Below are positions 28,733 through 37,702 of a stretch of DNA of 64,000 nucleotides, one piece after another. Under the pieces are notes generated by a model that was given only the letters and a program-made list of their open reading frames with translations, was not told where the DNA came from and did not search any database. The translations under genes and the position numbers were made by a program. Numbering within the stretch: position 1 is the stretch's first letter; each line of letters starts with the position of its first letter. The DNA is from an uncultured virus (IMG/VR IMGVR_UViG_3300009161_006655) (taxonomy: Duplodnaviria > Heunggongvirae > Uroviricota > Caudoviricetes), in the IMG/VR virus record IMGVR_UViG_3300009161_006655. One strand, given 5' to 3'.

Positions 28733-29093
28733 AAGATAAGATATTTTTAATAATTTTTTGTATCTCTGTTTTATCAGTTTTATCTTTAATATCCTCTGAT
28801 ATAATTGAATACTTTTCTTTAGCTAATTTATAATTAGGAATAGTTTTAATAGGTTTATTATAATATCTCGGTATTAAAAATAATTGATGTTTGATAACAC
28901 ATTTGGTATTATCTCCATAATATCCAATCATAGTTTTTATATCGGTAACCGATACAGTATTACCATTAATCACAATATAAAAGTCACCTTCTAATAAAAT
29001 TTTGTGTTCAACATCACCAATTGTAAATAAGTGATTTGATGTTTTTGTTAAGTAATTTAATACTTCTGTTTTGATTTGTTCTGTTGTTTTCAT
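28731..29093 (-). CDS. hypothetical protein
   Basis: ORF track. Confidence 0.6.
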   Translation of the reverse strand: MKTTEQIKTEVLNYLTKTSNHLFTIGDVEHKILLEGDFYIVINGNTVSVTDIKTMIGYYGDNTKCVIKHQLFLIPRYYNKPIKTIPNYKLAKEKYSIISEDIKDKTDKTEIQKIIKNILS

Positions 29094-29104
29094 AATATTA
29101 GTTT

Positions 29105-29794
29105 TTATTTTTTAATTTTCTTTTTTAATTCTTTACATAAGTGTGGATGAACCCACTTTTCATTTTGAATATTTACTTCTTCTACCAAGTTTTCAACTAT
29201 TAAGTTATTAAATAATTGGTATCTATCATGGTAATTCATTCCAGACGTTTGGTCTTTTATTGATCTGACATTACCATCTTCCATTTGAATAAATAAAGTT
29301 CCCTTTTTGTATTTGAATGTGTTTTTTGTTCTTTCATAAAATATCTCACAATCTTCTTTTACTTTCCAAGCTTTAATCTCATATATCTTTGGATTTTTAT
29401 TTGGTGTGGATGATAATAACTGGTCAATTTTATAATCTCTATATTCCGGTTCAGTCATTTTATAAATAGGCACAATTCTCCACTCATATCCATCATGAAA
29501 ACTTGGATATATTTTAGTAGCAGCATCTAAAGCAGACGATCTACTTGTGTAGATGCGATGATTCCAATATGTTGTCCAACTGTAAAACTCACCTTTTGAA
29601 TCTTTCCATCTAACTTCAAGTGACCAGCCGTATAGATGAACATCATCAGCGACTGCTTGAATTTTAATTAGTTGACTATCAGCGATAGCATACACTTTGT
29701 TATTGATTGTGTAAGTCATTACATCACTTTTAAAGTGATTTTTAATTGGTTCTACTATTGTAGATTTCTTTTTGAATAAATTAAATAGTTTCAT
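29105..29794 (-). CDS. hypothetical protein with internal RDYKIDQLL motif
   Basis: ORF track. Confidence 0.65.
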   Translation of the reverse strand: MKLFNLFKKKSTIVEPIKNHFKSDVMTYTINNKVYAIADSQLIKIQAVADDVHLYGWSLEVRWKDSKGEFYSWTTYWNHRIYTSRSSALDAATKIYPSFHDGYEWRIVPIYKMTEPEYRDYKIDQLLSSTPNKNPKIYEIKAWKVKEDCEIFYERTKNTFKYKKGTLFIQMEDGNVRSIKDQTSGMNYHDRYQLFNNLIVENLVEEVNIQNEKWVHPHLCKELKKKIKK

Positions 29795-30140
29795 TTTCTT
29801 TAGTTTTATTTTTTAGAGCCAATGGTAAGTGAGAAAGGCTTTTACGGATTTTAGGTGTACCATATAAGCATACAGAGGTAAACTGATTTACATCAGGTTC
29901 AAAAAAAATAACTGATTCAGTTAAGTCTTTATACTTATGGTAAAGTTTTTGGAGTTCAAATTCATTTTTAACTGATAGACAGATGATAGAATTTGATTCA
30001 GATTTCCATTTAGAAAATGTTTCTGAAAATTCAAAAGCGAAGTCAGCAATTGAATGTGTTGATTGTACTACTTGGTACCCATTTGAGATATCACTTCTTG
30101 TGATAATAATTAATTTTGTTTCGTTAATCTAGTTGTTCAT
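29781..30140 (-). CDS. peptidyl-tRNA hydrolase (Pth2 family) with in-frame TAG at codon 4
   Basis: MNN*INETKLIIITRSDISNGYQVVQSTHSIADF...W...SIICLSVKNEFEL...FFEPDVNQFTSVCL...LSHLPLAL; 120 codons; A-rich leader before the ATG; absent from the ORF track. Confidence 0.8.
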
Positions 30141-30162
30141 AATTGTTTTTGTTTTTTGTTTT

Positions 30163-30238
30163 AAAATAAAAATACCCCCATTATAGTTTTCTAACCGAGT
30201 GCTTATTAGCTGGTCGGTCAGATTCCTATTATGGAGGT
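30163..30238 (-). terminator. long leader hairpin with U-rich tail (attenuator-like)
   Basis: ACCTCCAT-A-ATAG/CTAT-A-ATGGGGGT, TCTGACCGA/TCGGTTAGA, GCT-AATA-AGC, then ATTTTTATTTT. Confidence 0.6.
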
Positions 30239-30273
30239 CTCTCAAAAAATTTATATGTGTTAATCTACATCAT
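30229..30273 (-). promoter_or_regulatory. leader uORF MM*INTYKFFERPP* with in-frame TAG
   Basis: ATG ATG TAG ATT AAC ... AGA CCT CCA TAA; the last codons form the 5' arm of the hairpin. Confidence 0.6.
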
Positions 30274-30330
30274 TGTCTTGAATTATTATATTATAAATAT
30301 ATATCAAAAGTTTTACTTCTCCCTAAATAT

Positions 30331-30549
30331 TTAAATTAAATTTATTATTAAACTACCAGGATTGAAATACATTTCATTTACAACAAATCCATAGTCTTTA
30401 CAATTTTCAATAACTATTTCTTTCATTCTCGAACTAATACCAGTTATCACCTCTACTTGGTGTTTATCATTTCGCATCATTTCCCAAAAGAAAACATCAA
30501 GTTTTCTAGGAACATCTTCGTGTTTAATACCATGTAAGTCTAGTTTCAT
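30331..30549 (-). CDS. stand-alone Smr/MutS2-C domain protein
   Basis: LDLHG...VITG...NPG. Confidence 0.8.
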   Translation of the reverse strand: MKLDLHGIKHEDVPRKLDVFFWEMMRNDKHQVEVITGISSRMKEIVIENCKDYGFVVNEMYFNPGSLIINLI

Positions 30550-30569
30550 TTTAATATATATAATATATT

Positions 30570-30800
30570 ATGAAATATCTAAAAAGATTTAACGAATCGG
30601 ATTCTTGGGCTGGATCTTTATATGCTTATCACAATCCAATACCACCATCAAGAGGAGTTGACCAAGTTACTATTCCAAGTCACGAAGCACATCCATATAA
30701 GTGTAAAGATTGTGATATGAAATTTTATTCATTAGATGATGATATAGTTTGTTTGAATTGTGGTTCTACTGACTATGAAGATTTACCTTATGGTAATTAA
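30570..30800 (+). CDS. zinc-ribbon protein with capsid-targeting-like N-terminus
   Basis: MKYLKRFNES; CKDC...CLNCGS. Confidence 0.7.
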   Translation: MKYLKRFNESDSWAGSLYAYHNPIPPSRGVDQVTIPSHEAHPYKCKDCDMKFYSLDDDIVCLNCGSTDYEDLPYGN

Positions 30801-30811
30801 TATATAGTTCA

Positions 30812-31792
30812 ATGAAGTATCTTAAAAAATATAAAACCTTTAACGAAGACGGAACTGCTACTGTAGGTGCTACAACAGCGGGAATGGGAGCTGTTTCAAA
30901 TGCTCAACCAGGTGCTTTAGCTGGCACAACTGGTACATCCGGGTCAGGCGACGTTACCTTTACATTTAAGAAAGAGAAAAGAAAGAAAGGTGGTCCAAGT
31001 CAAGTAACTGATTTAAGAGACTTAAAATACGTTGAAACAGATAAGGTTGAAGATATAAAAGAATCATATAGATTAACTGAAGAGGAAACTTCATTAGTTG
31101 AAGATTGTTTAGTTGAGTTGATTGATATGGGATTTGAAATGAAAGATTACAAAATCGATAGTGAAGATGAAGAGTATGATATTGATGATGATACACAAGG
31201 TAATTTTAAGTCTCAGGAAATAAGAATATCTTTATTTAAACAAGTTGAAAAAATATGGAGAGGCAATCTAATCTTAGGATATTCATTTGATAAAAATGAA
31301 GTTTATAAAAAAAACATATCAACACTTAGACCCAATAGAGAATTAGAAGATTATGAATCTGAAATTGTAGATGGTGTTGAGGAAGCTTCTTATAAATTAA
31401 TAAACCATTTAGAATACACATCCGGTGACTTAATGGTTGAATTCTCAGTAGCTGGGTCTGCGATGCCTTATAGCACACTTAGATATATTAATGTTAATGT
31501 TCACATAATTCTTAGAAGAAATTTATACCCAGTTGATGAAGCTTATAATAATGAACAAGAATATATCAATGATATAATTGACCAGTTCAAAGATTATAAT
31601 ATAAGACCACTTGTTCTTAATGATATACTAGATTTCTACAATGATGAAATAACAGATAACTATAATAATGATAAACAACCAAAAGAATTTGTTGATATGA
31701 TTGTTAAAGATATGGAATTGGATTCTGGTGGATTTATGTCACAAAGAATGGGTTCTGCTGGTTGGAATAATAAAGTTATAAAATATCTTTAA
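30812..31792 (+). CDS. acidic hypothetical protein with capsid-targeting-like N-terminus
   Basis: MKYLKKYKTFNE; TTAATATATA at 30797-30806. Confidence 0.7.
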   Translation: MKYLKKYKTFNEDGTATVGATTAGMGAVSNAQPGALAGTTGTSGSGDVTFTFKKEKRKKGGPSQVTDLRDLKYVETDKVEDIKESYRLTEEETSLVEDCLVELIDMGFEMKDYKIDSEDEEYDIDDDTQGNFKSQEIRISLFKQVEKIWRGNLILGYSFDKNEVYKKNISTLRPNRELEDYESEIVDGVEEASYKLINHLEYTSGDLMVEFSVAGSAMPYSTLRYINVNVHIILRRNLYPVDEAYNNEQEYINDIIDQFKDYNIRPLVLNDILDFYNDEITDNYNNDKQPKEFVDMIVKDMELDSGGFMSQRMGSAGWNNKVIKYL

Positions 31793-31796
31793 AATA

Positions 31797-32052
31797 AAAA
31801 AGAGACCAAAGTTCACACTGTGCGATCAATGTGTCTTTAGTCTCTATGGTTTCAGAACTTCGCAACTTCATCCACCTTGTTATACACCTTTTAATTCAAT
31901 AGTGTTGGTATAACGTAACACTAATCTACTGCGGGACCAACAGATTTTTCATCCCATAGACTCGGCAAAGTCTATCTCAATTTTCACCACATTTTGCCGA
32001 TGTGACTTATATGAGAATATTTGTTAATTTTGGTTTCGGTTAACTCAATAAC
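31797..32052 (-). ncRNA. candidate structured ncRNA with kissing-loop hairpins
   Basis: No ORF; own promoter; hairpin loops CGGCAAA and TTGCCG are complementary; 3' hairpin plus U tract. Confidence 0.55.
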
Positions 32053-32059
32053 CTTAATA

Positions 32060-32091
32060 CAAAGATAGGATAAAATCCTAAATAAACCAAA
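32060..32091 (-). promoter_or_regulatory. Bacteroidota primary-sigma promoter
   Basis: TTTG-N20-TATCTTTG. Confidence 0.7.
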
Positions 32092-32346
32092 TTAATTTTT
32101 AATTTTCTTAAAATATTCTGCTTTTTCTTTGATATCATCTATTGACGATCCAAAAATTAAAGCAACTATTACAATAACTATTGCTATACAAGCGATTGAT
32201 ATCCCCAAAGCGACTGGTATCCAAAGAGGTGAAGTTACCCACCACCAAGACCAATCAATATTTCCTGTTAGTTTAAGAACTAAGAATACAATGAAAAGAA
32301 CTGCTGTTAAGCTAAGTCCACTACTTGAATTACTTTTTGATGTCAT
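32092..32346 (-). CDS. small phage membrane protein
   Basis: FLVLKLTGNIDWSWWWVTSPLWIP. Confidence 0.75.
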   Translation of the reverse strand: MTSKSNSSSGLSLTAVLFIVFLVLKLTGNIDWSWWWVTSPLWIPVALGISIACIAIVIVIVALIFGSSIDDIKEKAEYFKKIKN

Positions 32347-32437
32347 ATCTATTTTAATATTTTAGTTTATACCAATTTTGTTTAATAAAGTTTCATATAA
32401 TAAACATTTTCACAAATATAAAAAAAATATATACTTT

Positions 32438-32617
32438 GTGGAAAATATTTTAACATTTGAATCATTTATTAACGAATCTTATAACAAACCAAGAGCTGGT
32501 GGTAAAAAACGTTGGTCTGTTAAGTATAAAAAGAAAATCAATTGTTCTAATCCAAAGGGGTTCAGTCAAAAACAATTTTGTAAAAGAAAACGTAAAGGCG
32601 GTGCTTACAAAAGTTGA
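32438..32617 (+). CDS. small basic protein with capsid-targeting-like N-terminus
   Basis: GTG start after AATATATA; MENILTFESFINE...KWSVKYKKKINCSNPKGFSQKQFC. Confidence 0.6.
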   Translation: MENILTFESFINESYNKPRAGGKKRWSVKYKKKINCSNPKGFSQKQFCKRKRKGGAYKS

Positions 32618-32892
32618 TGCTTGGCTTGATAAAGTTTTGCATTTTCCACTAGTGAAGTTGTTAAGTCTCTAGTTGTTAGATTATGAAATATAGAATAAAC
32701 TCTTTCAAACAACTCATCATTTAATAAAATTTCATAATCAGTTGTGTTTAACTCAGCACAATAGGCCTCTATATAACTTGTAAATTTTTGAAGTGTAACT
32801 TCATCGTCTTTATCTTTTACTAAAGATTCTCCTCTAAGTAAAGAAGCTTTCGCCAATTCTCTTAGGTATTCAGCAGTTATTCCAGGTCCCAT
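32605..32892 (-). CDS. hypothetical protein
   Basis: ORF track. Confidence 0.6.
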   Translation of the reverse strand: MGPGITAEYLRELAKASLLRGESLVKDKDDEVTLQKFTSYIEAYCAELNTTDYEILLNDELFERVYSIFHNLTTRDLTTSLVENAKLYQAKHQLL

Positions 32893-33023
32893 ATGTGAAA
32901 GTTTATTTTATGTAAATTATTTATTAAGTTAGTATTATCAATAAAGGTTATAAAAATATCAAAAAAATTAATAAAGCCTTATATACAAAAGGTTTCTTAA
33001 TTTTTTACAAATATAAAAATAAA

Positions 33024-33473
33024 TTAAATATTTTTCAAATTTCTGTTAGAAATTTTTGCAATTCTATCTGAGTGTCTTCCACCTTCGAATCCAGTATTTA
33101 AAAACTCATCAACACATTTGAAAGCTTCTTCTTCAGAAATATATCTACCTGGTAAAGTTAAGATATTAGCATCATTATGTAAACGAGCCATATTAGCAAT
33201 TTCTGAATTCCAACAAAGAGCTGAGCGAACACCTGACCATTTATTAGCAGTCATATTAATTCCGTTACCGGAACCACACATTAAGATACCAAAGTCACAT
33301 TTTTGATTATTAACATCTTCAGCAACTGCGTGTCCAAAATCTGGATAATCACATCTTTCTTCAGAGTAACATCCCCAATCATTTAGTTCTATACCCCTTT
33401 TAGTAGAAAGATATTGTTTTACTTTTTCTTTAAGTTCAAATGCTGCGTGGTCACAACCAATAGATATTCTCAT
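33024..33473 (-). CDS. rpiB: ribose-5-phosphate isomerase B
   Basis: GCDHA, DYPD, CGSGNG, RLHNDAN, FEGGRH. Confidence 0.95.
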   Translation of the reverse strand: MRISIGCDHAAFELKEKVKQYLSTKRGIELNDWGCYSEERCDYPDFGHAVAEDVNNQKCDFGILMCGSGNGINMTANKWSGVRSALCWNSEIANMARLHNDANILTLPGRYISEEEAFKCVDEFLNTGFEGGRHSDRIAKISNRNLKNI

Positions 33474-33479
33474 AAAATT

Positions 33480-33589
33480 ATTATTTTTATGAGTTATATG
33501 TTATTTTATAAATTTGGTTGATAACTGTTTGGATTATTTTTATGAGTTATATGTTATTTTATAAATTTGGTTGATAACTGTTTGGATTA
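33480..33589. repeat. exact 53-bp tandem duplication
   Basis: attatttttatgagttatatgttattttataaatttggttgataactgtttgg twice. Confidence 0.9.
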
Positions 33590-35043
33590 GAATCTAAGAA
33601 AGTGAAGTCTTTTGGTGTTAATTGATAATCATCAAATCTATTAAAGAATTCAACTAAATCTTTTATAGTATCATCTGAGAAATAGAATGTTGATTCTGGA
33701 TCATATTTAGAATTTATTCCGTCATAATGATGTACGTTCAGTCCATTATCTTTATCAATAGTAAATGAGAACATCATTGCATCACCATAAGTTATATCTA
33801 TATTCAATCTTAAAGTATTGGGATTGGCTTTAGTTCCATCATTGTCTTTTAGAGTATGTATATCAATTTCTAAATAGTCTGGTTCACCATCTGATAAAGC
33901 GTCACCAGATTTTTCAAATGTATTTTGATAATAAACAATTTGTATTAAATCACCATTTAACATAACATCTTTTAACTCTAATTCAAATTGTCCGTTTGTT
34001 GTTATGAGGTTTAGATTTTCAGGAAGTAATGATTTTATATCCTGTGAAAAAGTACTTACATTCGACTCGTCTAACTTACTAACATCCTTTACTAAACCAA
34101 TTACAAAAGATTTTAATTCAGAATCACCATTTAAATTTGATAACTCGTTCTTAGTAAACATAGTTCTGTGTTCATGAGATTGACCACCGTTATACCAATC
34201 AGAAGAGTTGAGTTGAGAAATTCCATATAAATAATCAATGCTCCAATTTTCTTCTATTATAGATATAAATCTTAAAACTTCTTCTTCTATTTCAGACCAT
34301 GTAAATCCTATACAGTTATTAAAAGTATATGGTTTACTTGTATCTTTTTGTTTCCAAATTCTAATGTAGTAATTATTTCTAATAGGATTTCCAATAAGTT
34401 GACTACCCGCAACTTCTATTTCGAAATCATCATTTAGATGTGCTAAATAATCTTCTACATTATTTTTAAGATCATCATAAGAAGCCGACTCTTTTACAAT
34501 TCTATCAGCCTTAAATTGAACCAATTCCTCTTTATCCATTATTTTAATTTGGATTTTATCCAATCCTAAAATTAAGGCTTTTTCTAATCTATGGGTACCA
34601 TCTAACATTGCAAATATCTTTCCTTCTTCATTTTGAACAACTACTATTGGATAAGATAAATCAGCATTCATTACTCTTTGTTTTGTTTCAGTAGGATCTT
34701 CTTGTCTACCACTAAAATCATAGTTTATAGATTTTGGATCTACTTCTTCAACTGGTTTATTTTTAGCTAGTTCAATGATATCACTTACCCTAAATTTAAT
34801 TTTGAAATCATCGCCATCTTCAAATTTCTCATTGGTGTCCCAAACTCCAGCTATCTTATCAATTGATTCTTTTACAATTCTATATTTAAGAAGAGGTTTA
34901 CCATTTATAGTAATATCACCTTTATCATTCTTACCAATCTTCTTAACTAAAGTTTTCTTGTTTTTAAAACGACCACCTAATACCGTATCACCAACTTTGA
35001 TAGGTACCTTAATCATCTCATTGAATGTCTTTAAATATCTCAT
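33559..35043 (-). CDS. multi-domain protein with ParB-like domain and capsid-targeting-like N-terminus
   Basis: MRYLKTFNE; ADLSYPIVV...LDGTHRLEKA; internal VKES/LDES junctions. Confidence 0.65.
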   Translation of the reverse strand: MRYLKTFNEMIKVPIKVGDTVLGGRFKNKKTLVKKIGKNDKGDITINGKPLLKYRIVKESIDKIAGVWDTNEKFEDGDDFKIKFRVSDIIELAKNKPVEEVDPKSINYDFSGRQEDPTETKQRVMNADLSYPIVVVQNEEGKIFAMLDGTHRLEKALILGLDKIQIKIMDKEELVQFKADRIVKESASYDDLKNNVEDYLAHLNDDFEIEVAGSQLIGNPIRNNYYIRIWKQKDTSKPYTFNNCIGFTWSEIEEEVLRFISIIEENWSIDYLYGISQLNSSDWYNGGQSHEHRTMFTKNELSNLNGDSELKSFVIGLVKDVSKLDESNVSTFSQDIKSLLPENLNLITTNGQFELELKDVMLNGDLIQIVYYQNTFEKSGDALSDGEPDYLEIDIHTLKDNDGTKANPNTLRLNIDITYGDAMMFSFTIDKDNGLNVHHYDGINSKYDPESTFYFSDDTIKDLVEFFNRFDDYQLTPKDFTFLDSNPNSYQPNL

Positions 35044-36110
35044 ACTTTATCTGTTGTTGTTTCTGATGGAGAATAACTTATATTATCTAATCTATTTAAC
35101 CAACCTTCTCCGTGTCTATCAAATGTGTCGGAATCTTTATATCTTGATTCTCTGAATTTCTTAATTGAGTTGAATAGTTCAACCGGATCAATACCATTTG
35201 CTTTTGTTAAAACTTCTTTAGAAAAGATAACATCATTATCACTTATCTCAATTCCATTATCTTCTAAAGCGTCTCTAACAATACTTCTCATAGCATCGAC
35301 TCCTTGATTAACACAACCATCATAAATAACATTGGCTACATTTTGATCAGAAATTTCACTTAGATTCTGAGCATTCCAATAGTTTGCTTTGTATATTTTT
35401 AGGGCTGTTTTATATGATAAGTTCATCATATCATCTTTAGTAAGAAGTCTTTTGACTCCTTGTTCTTTGAAATACTCTGCTAAGATAGGAGCCGATATAC
35501 CGTGGTTAGTTCCAATAAATCTTTTACCACCCATTACATCAATAAAGTTTCCATTATCACCTCTATCATCTGAGTAACCAGCTTCTGCTAGTTTAACCAA
35601 ACCTTGTGCTTTTTCAAATGATGCGTGACTTGAAAATTCTTTTTTATCTTTAGTAAGTTGAATAATTTCTTCTGTTTGATTAGCGTCTAATCCACCTTTG
35701 AATATGTGGTTGTTTGAACCAGTAGATGGTGACAATAAATAAGTAAGACTTACAAATGTTAAGAAAACGCCTGTAACACCACCTATAAGCTTTCTTCTTA
35801 GAGTTTCTGGCAATGATTTGAATTTATTAATCATCTTAACATAATACTCTTTAATCTTTTCTTTAGGTATTTTCTGTAAGAAGTCACGAAGTTTATTCAA
35901 AGCTTTTTCACCAAAGTCAATAATCTTATCCGTTAATTCATCAACGTCATTTTTATCTTTTTCAGGTTCTTCATTTGAATAGTCCCATTCTATAGTGGTT
36001 GGACTTGTCCATTTACCTTCTACTTCTTCAACTATTCTAAAAATATCATCTATTATAGAATTAAATTGTTTTTCTAAAAGAAAGTCATTATATTTGCTAA
36101 TCTTATTCAT
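35040..36110 (-). CDS. GH108-family lysozyme with TM anchor and capsid-targeting-like N-terminus
   Basis: EAGYSDDRGD..TNHGI..IYKANYW..DGCVNQG..GWLNR; start moved to MNKISKYNDFLLE. Confidence 0.8.
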   Translation of the reverse strand: MNKISKYNDFLLEKQFNSIIDDIFRIVEEVEGKWTSPTTIEWDYSNEEPEKDKNDVDELTDKIIDFGEKALNKLRDFLQKIPKEKIKEYYVKMINKFKSLPETLRRKLIGGVTGVFLTFVSLTYLLSPSTGSNNHIFKGGLDANQTEEIIQLTKDKKEFSSHASFEKAQGLVKLAEAGYSDDRGDNGNFIDVMGGKRFIGTNHGISAPILAEYFKEQGVKRLLTKDDMMNLSYKTALKIYKANYWNAQNLSEISDQNVANVIYDGCVNQGVDAMRSIVRDALEDNGIEISDNDVIFSKEVLTKANGIDPVELFNSIKKFRESRYKDSDTFDRHGEGWLNRLDNISYSPSETTTDKV

Positions 36111-36131
36111 TAAAGTATATATTAAAATCAT

Positions 36132-36698
36132 ATGACATTTTTTATAATCTTATTAACTATTTCGCAGATAGTCGGATTTTATCTTATTTTTAATAAGGTT
36201 AAACCTATAATCAAACCTAAAACCGAAGGAATTATTCTTAAAGTAATTCCGGATAAACCAACCTATGAAAGTTTAGATCCGGAAAATAAATTAGTTTATG
36301 ATATTATGGAAAGTGCCAAGTTAGAAAATTGGAAAGTAGAAGTAGAAGCTGATATATCACATCACTCAAAAACTTGGACAATAAATTTTGAATCAAATAC
36401 TGGAATTCGTATTAGATCGAGAGTGAGAGATAGTGGCGAAATGTATTTATCTGCTTTCACTATATTAACTGGAGAAAGAGGACCAGTAGTCCGTGGTCAT
36501 AGTGGTTCTATATCAATTGATGATAAATCTAAAATATCCAATGATGTTATAATTTTTCTTTGGGATTATATTATAGAACATCACCAGAATGAAAATGAAG
36601 AAACTAGAATATACTATCAATCAACTATTGATGATATTTCTTCTAAATTGAAAACATTAAGACGTAGTGAGAAATTAAATAACATTTTAGAATTGTAA
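36132..36698 (+). CDS. membrane-anchored hypothetical protein with C-terminal RSEKLNNIL motif
   Basis: ORF track. Confidence 0.65.
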   Translation: MTFFIILLTISQIVGFYLIFNKVKPIIKPKTEGIILKVIPDKPTYESLDPENKLVYDIMESAKLENWKVEVEADISHHSKTWTINFESNTGIRIRSRVRDSGEMYLSAFTILTGERGPVVRGHSGSISIDDKSKISNDVIIFLWDYIIEHHQNENEETRIYYQSTIDDISSKLKTLRRSEKLNNILEL

Positions 36699-36699
36699 T

Positions 36700-37005
36700 A
36701 TGTTTAAGATAAAAGCAAAATTCATTGGTAAAAATTCGTTAGGGTTTGTCAATGGTCGTGTTTATGAAATGTACTTAATCAGTATGCCTCATATTGGTAA
36801 AGGCATGATAGAGATTGAGACTAAGAATCTTGAACCTAAGTTAAGATGTGAATATGGTTCTTGGGAAAAATTTATTCTTAATTGGGAAATTTTACATTAT
36901 GATAATATGAATAATCTTCACGATGCGGAAGTTCATCATACTAAGGTAAATAATGGATTGAAACAATCTGTTAGAGATTCTAAAATAAATAAAGTTCTAT
37001 CATGA
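36700..37005 (+). CDS. hypothetical protein with C-terminal RDSKINKVL motif
   Basis: ORF track. Confidence 0.65.
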   Translation: MFKIKAKFIGKNSLGFVNGRVYEMYLISMPHIGKGMIEIETKNLEPKLRCEYGSWEKFILNWEILHYDNMNNLHDAEVHHTKVNNGLKQSVRDSKINKVLS

Positions 37006-37197
37006 GGTGACGGTGATAAAGTTGTTGAATTTACTTACGGTGGTGTTAATTTATTTGCTTCTCACAAGTTAAAATATTTAGATTTTACAACTTTATACAC
37101 AGAATTGAATAAAATATTGTGTTACGATCCAAAGTTCATAGAATGGTCTAAGATCGAACTAAGAAATTATAAAATTAATTTACTACATGAAGTCTAA
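37006..37197 (+). pseudogene. start-less or frameshifted ORF ending RNYKINLLHEV
   Basis: 63 open codons continuing in frame after the upstream TGA; ATG at 37002 is out of frame. Confidence 0.45.
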
Positions 37198-37702
37198 AAA
37201 ATTAAAAAAACTAGCTAAACTTATACACGAAGAGGTTAGAAATTGCGACAGAGAATCTAGACCAATTAAAATGTCTGAAGAAATATCAGGTGGCGATTGG
37301 TCAGAATACGATCCAGAAGTTAGTGAAAAATTCAAGAAGATGGTTTTAAACCTATCTACTTATAAAAATAATATTAATATCAGTGTTGATAATAATAGAG
37401 TTTCTATAAATGTTGGTGACATAACAACTGTTAAGAAATCTATAAAAAGAAGTAATGTTCTTTATAGTGAAGACAATTATGTTGAAATGTGTTTACATAA
37501 AGGTTTAGGTTTTACTATTAACTATGGTTATAAAGTCAGAAGTAACTACAAAGATGAAAAATTATTTGATGAACTTCAACCAATTCTCACACAAAAGCTT
37601 AAAGAAATAAACGCTGAAAACTTTAATGAAATCTGGACAGATTTAATGAAAGAGTCTGGTGTTTTAAGAGATAGTAATTTAGACGATATTTTAAATGGAT
37701 AG
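37187..37702 (+). CDS. hypothetical protein with C-terminal RDSNLDDIL motif
   Basis: ORF track. Confidence 0.65.
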   Translation: MKSKKLKKLAKLIHEEVRNCDRESRPIKMSEEISGGDWSEYDPEVSEKFKKMVLNLSTYKNNINISVDNNRVSINVGDITTVKKSIKRSNVLYSEDNYVEMCLHKGLGFTINYGYKVRSNYKDEKLFDELQPILTQKLKEINAENFNEIWTDLMKESGVLRDSNLDDILNG

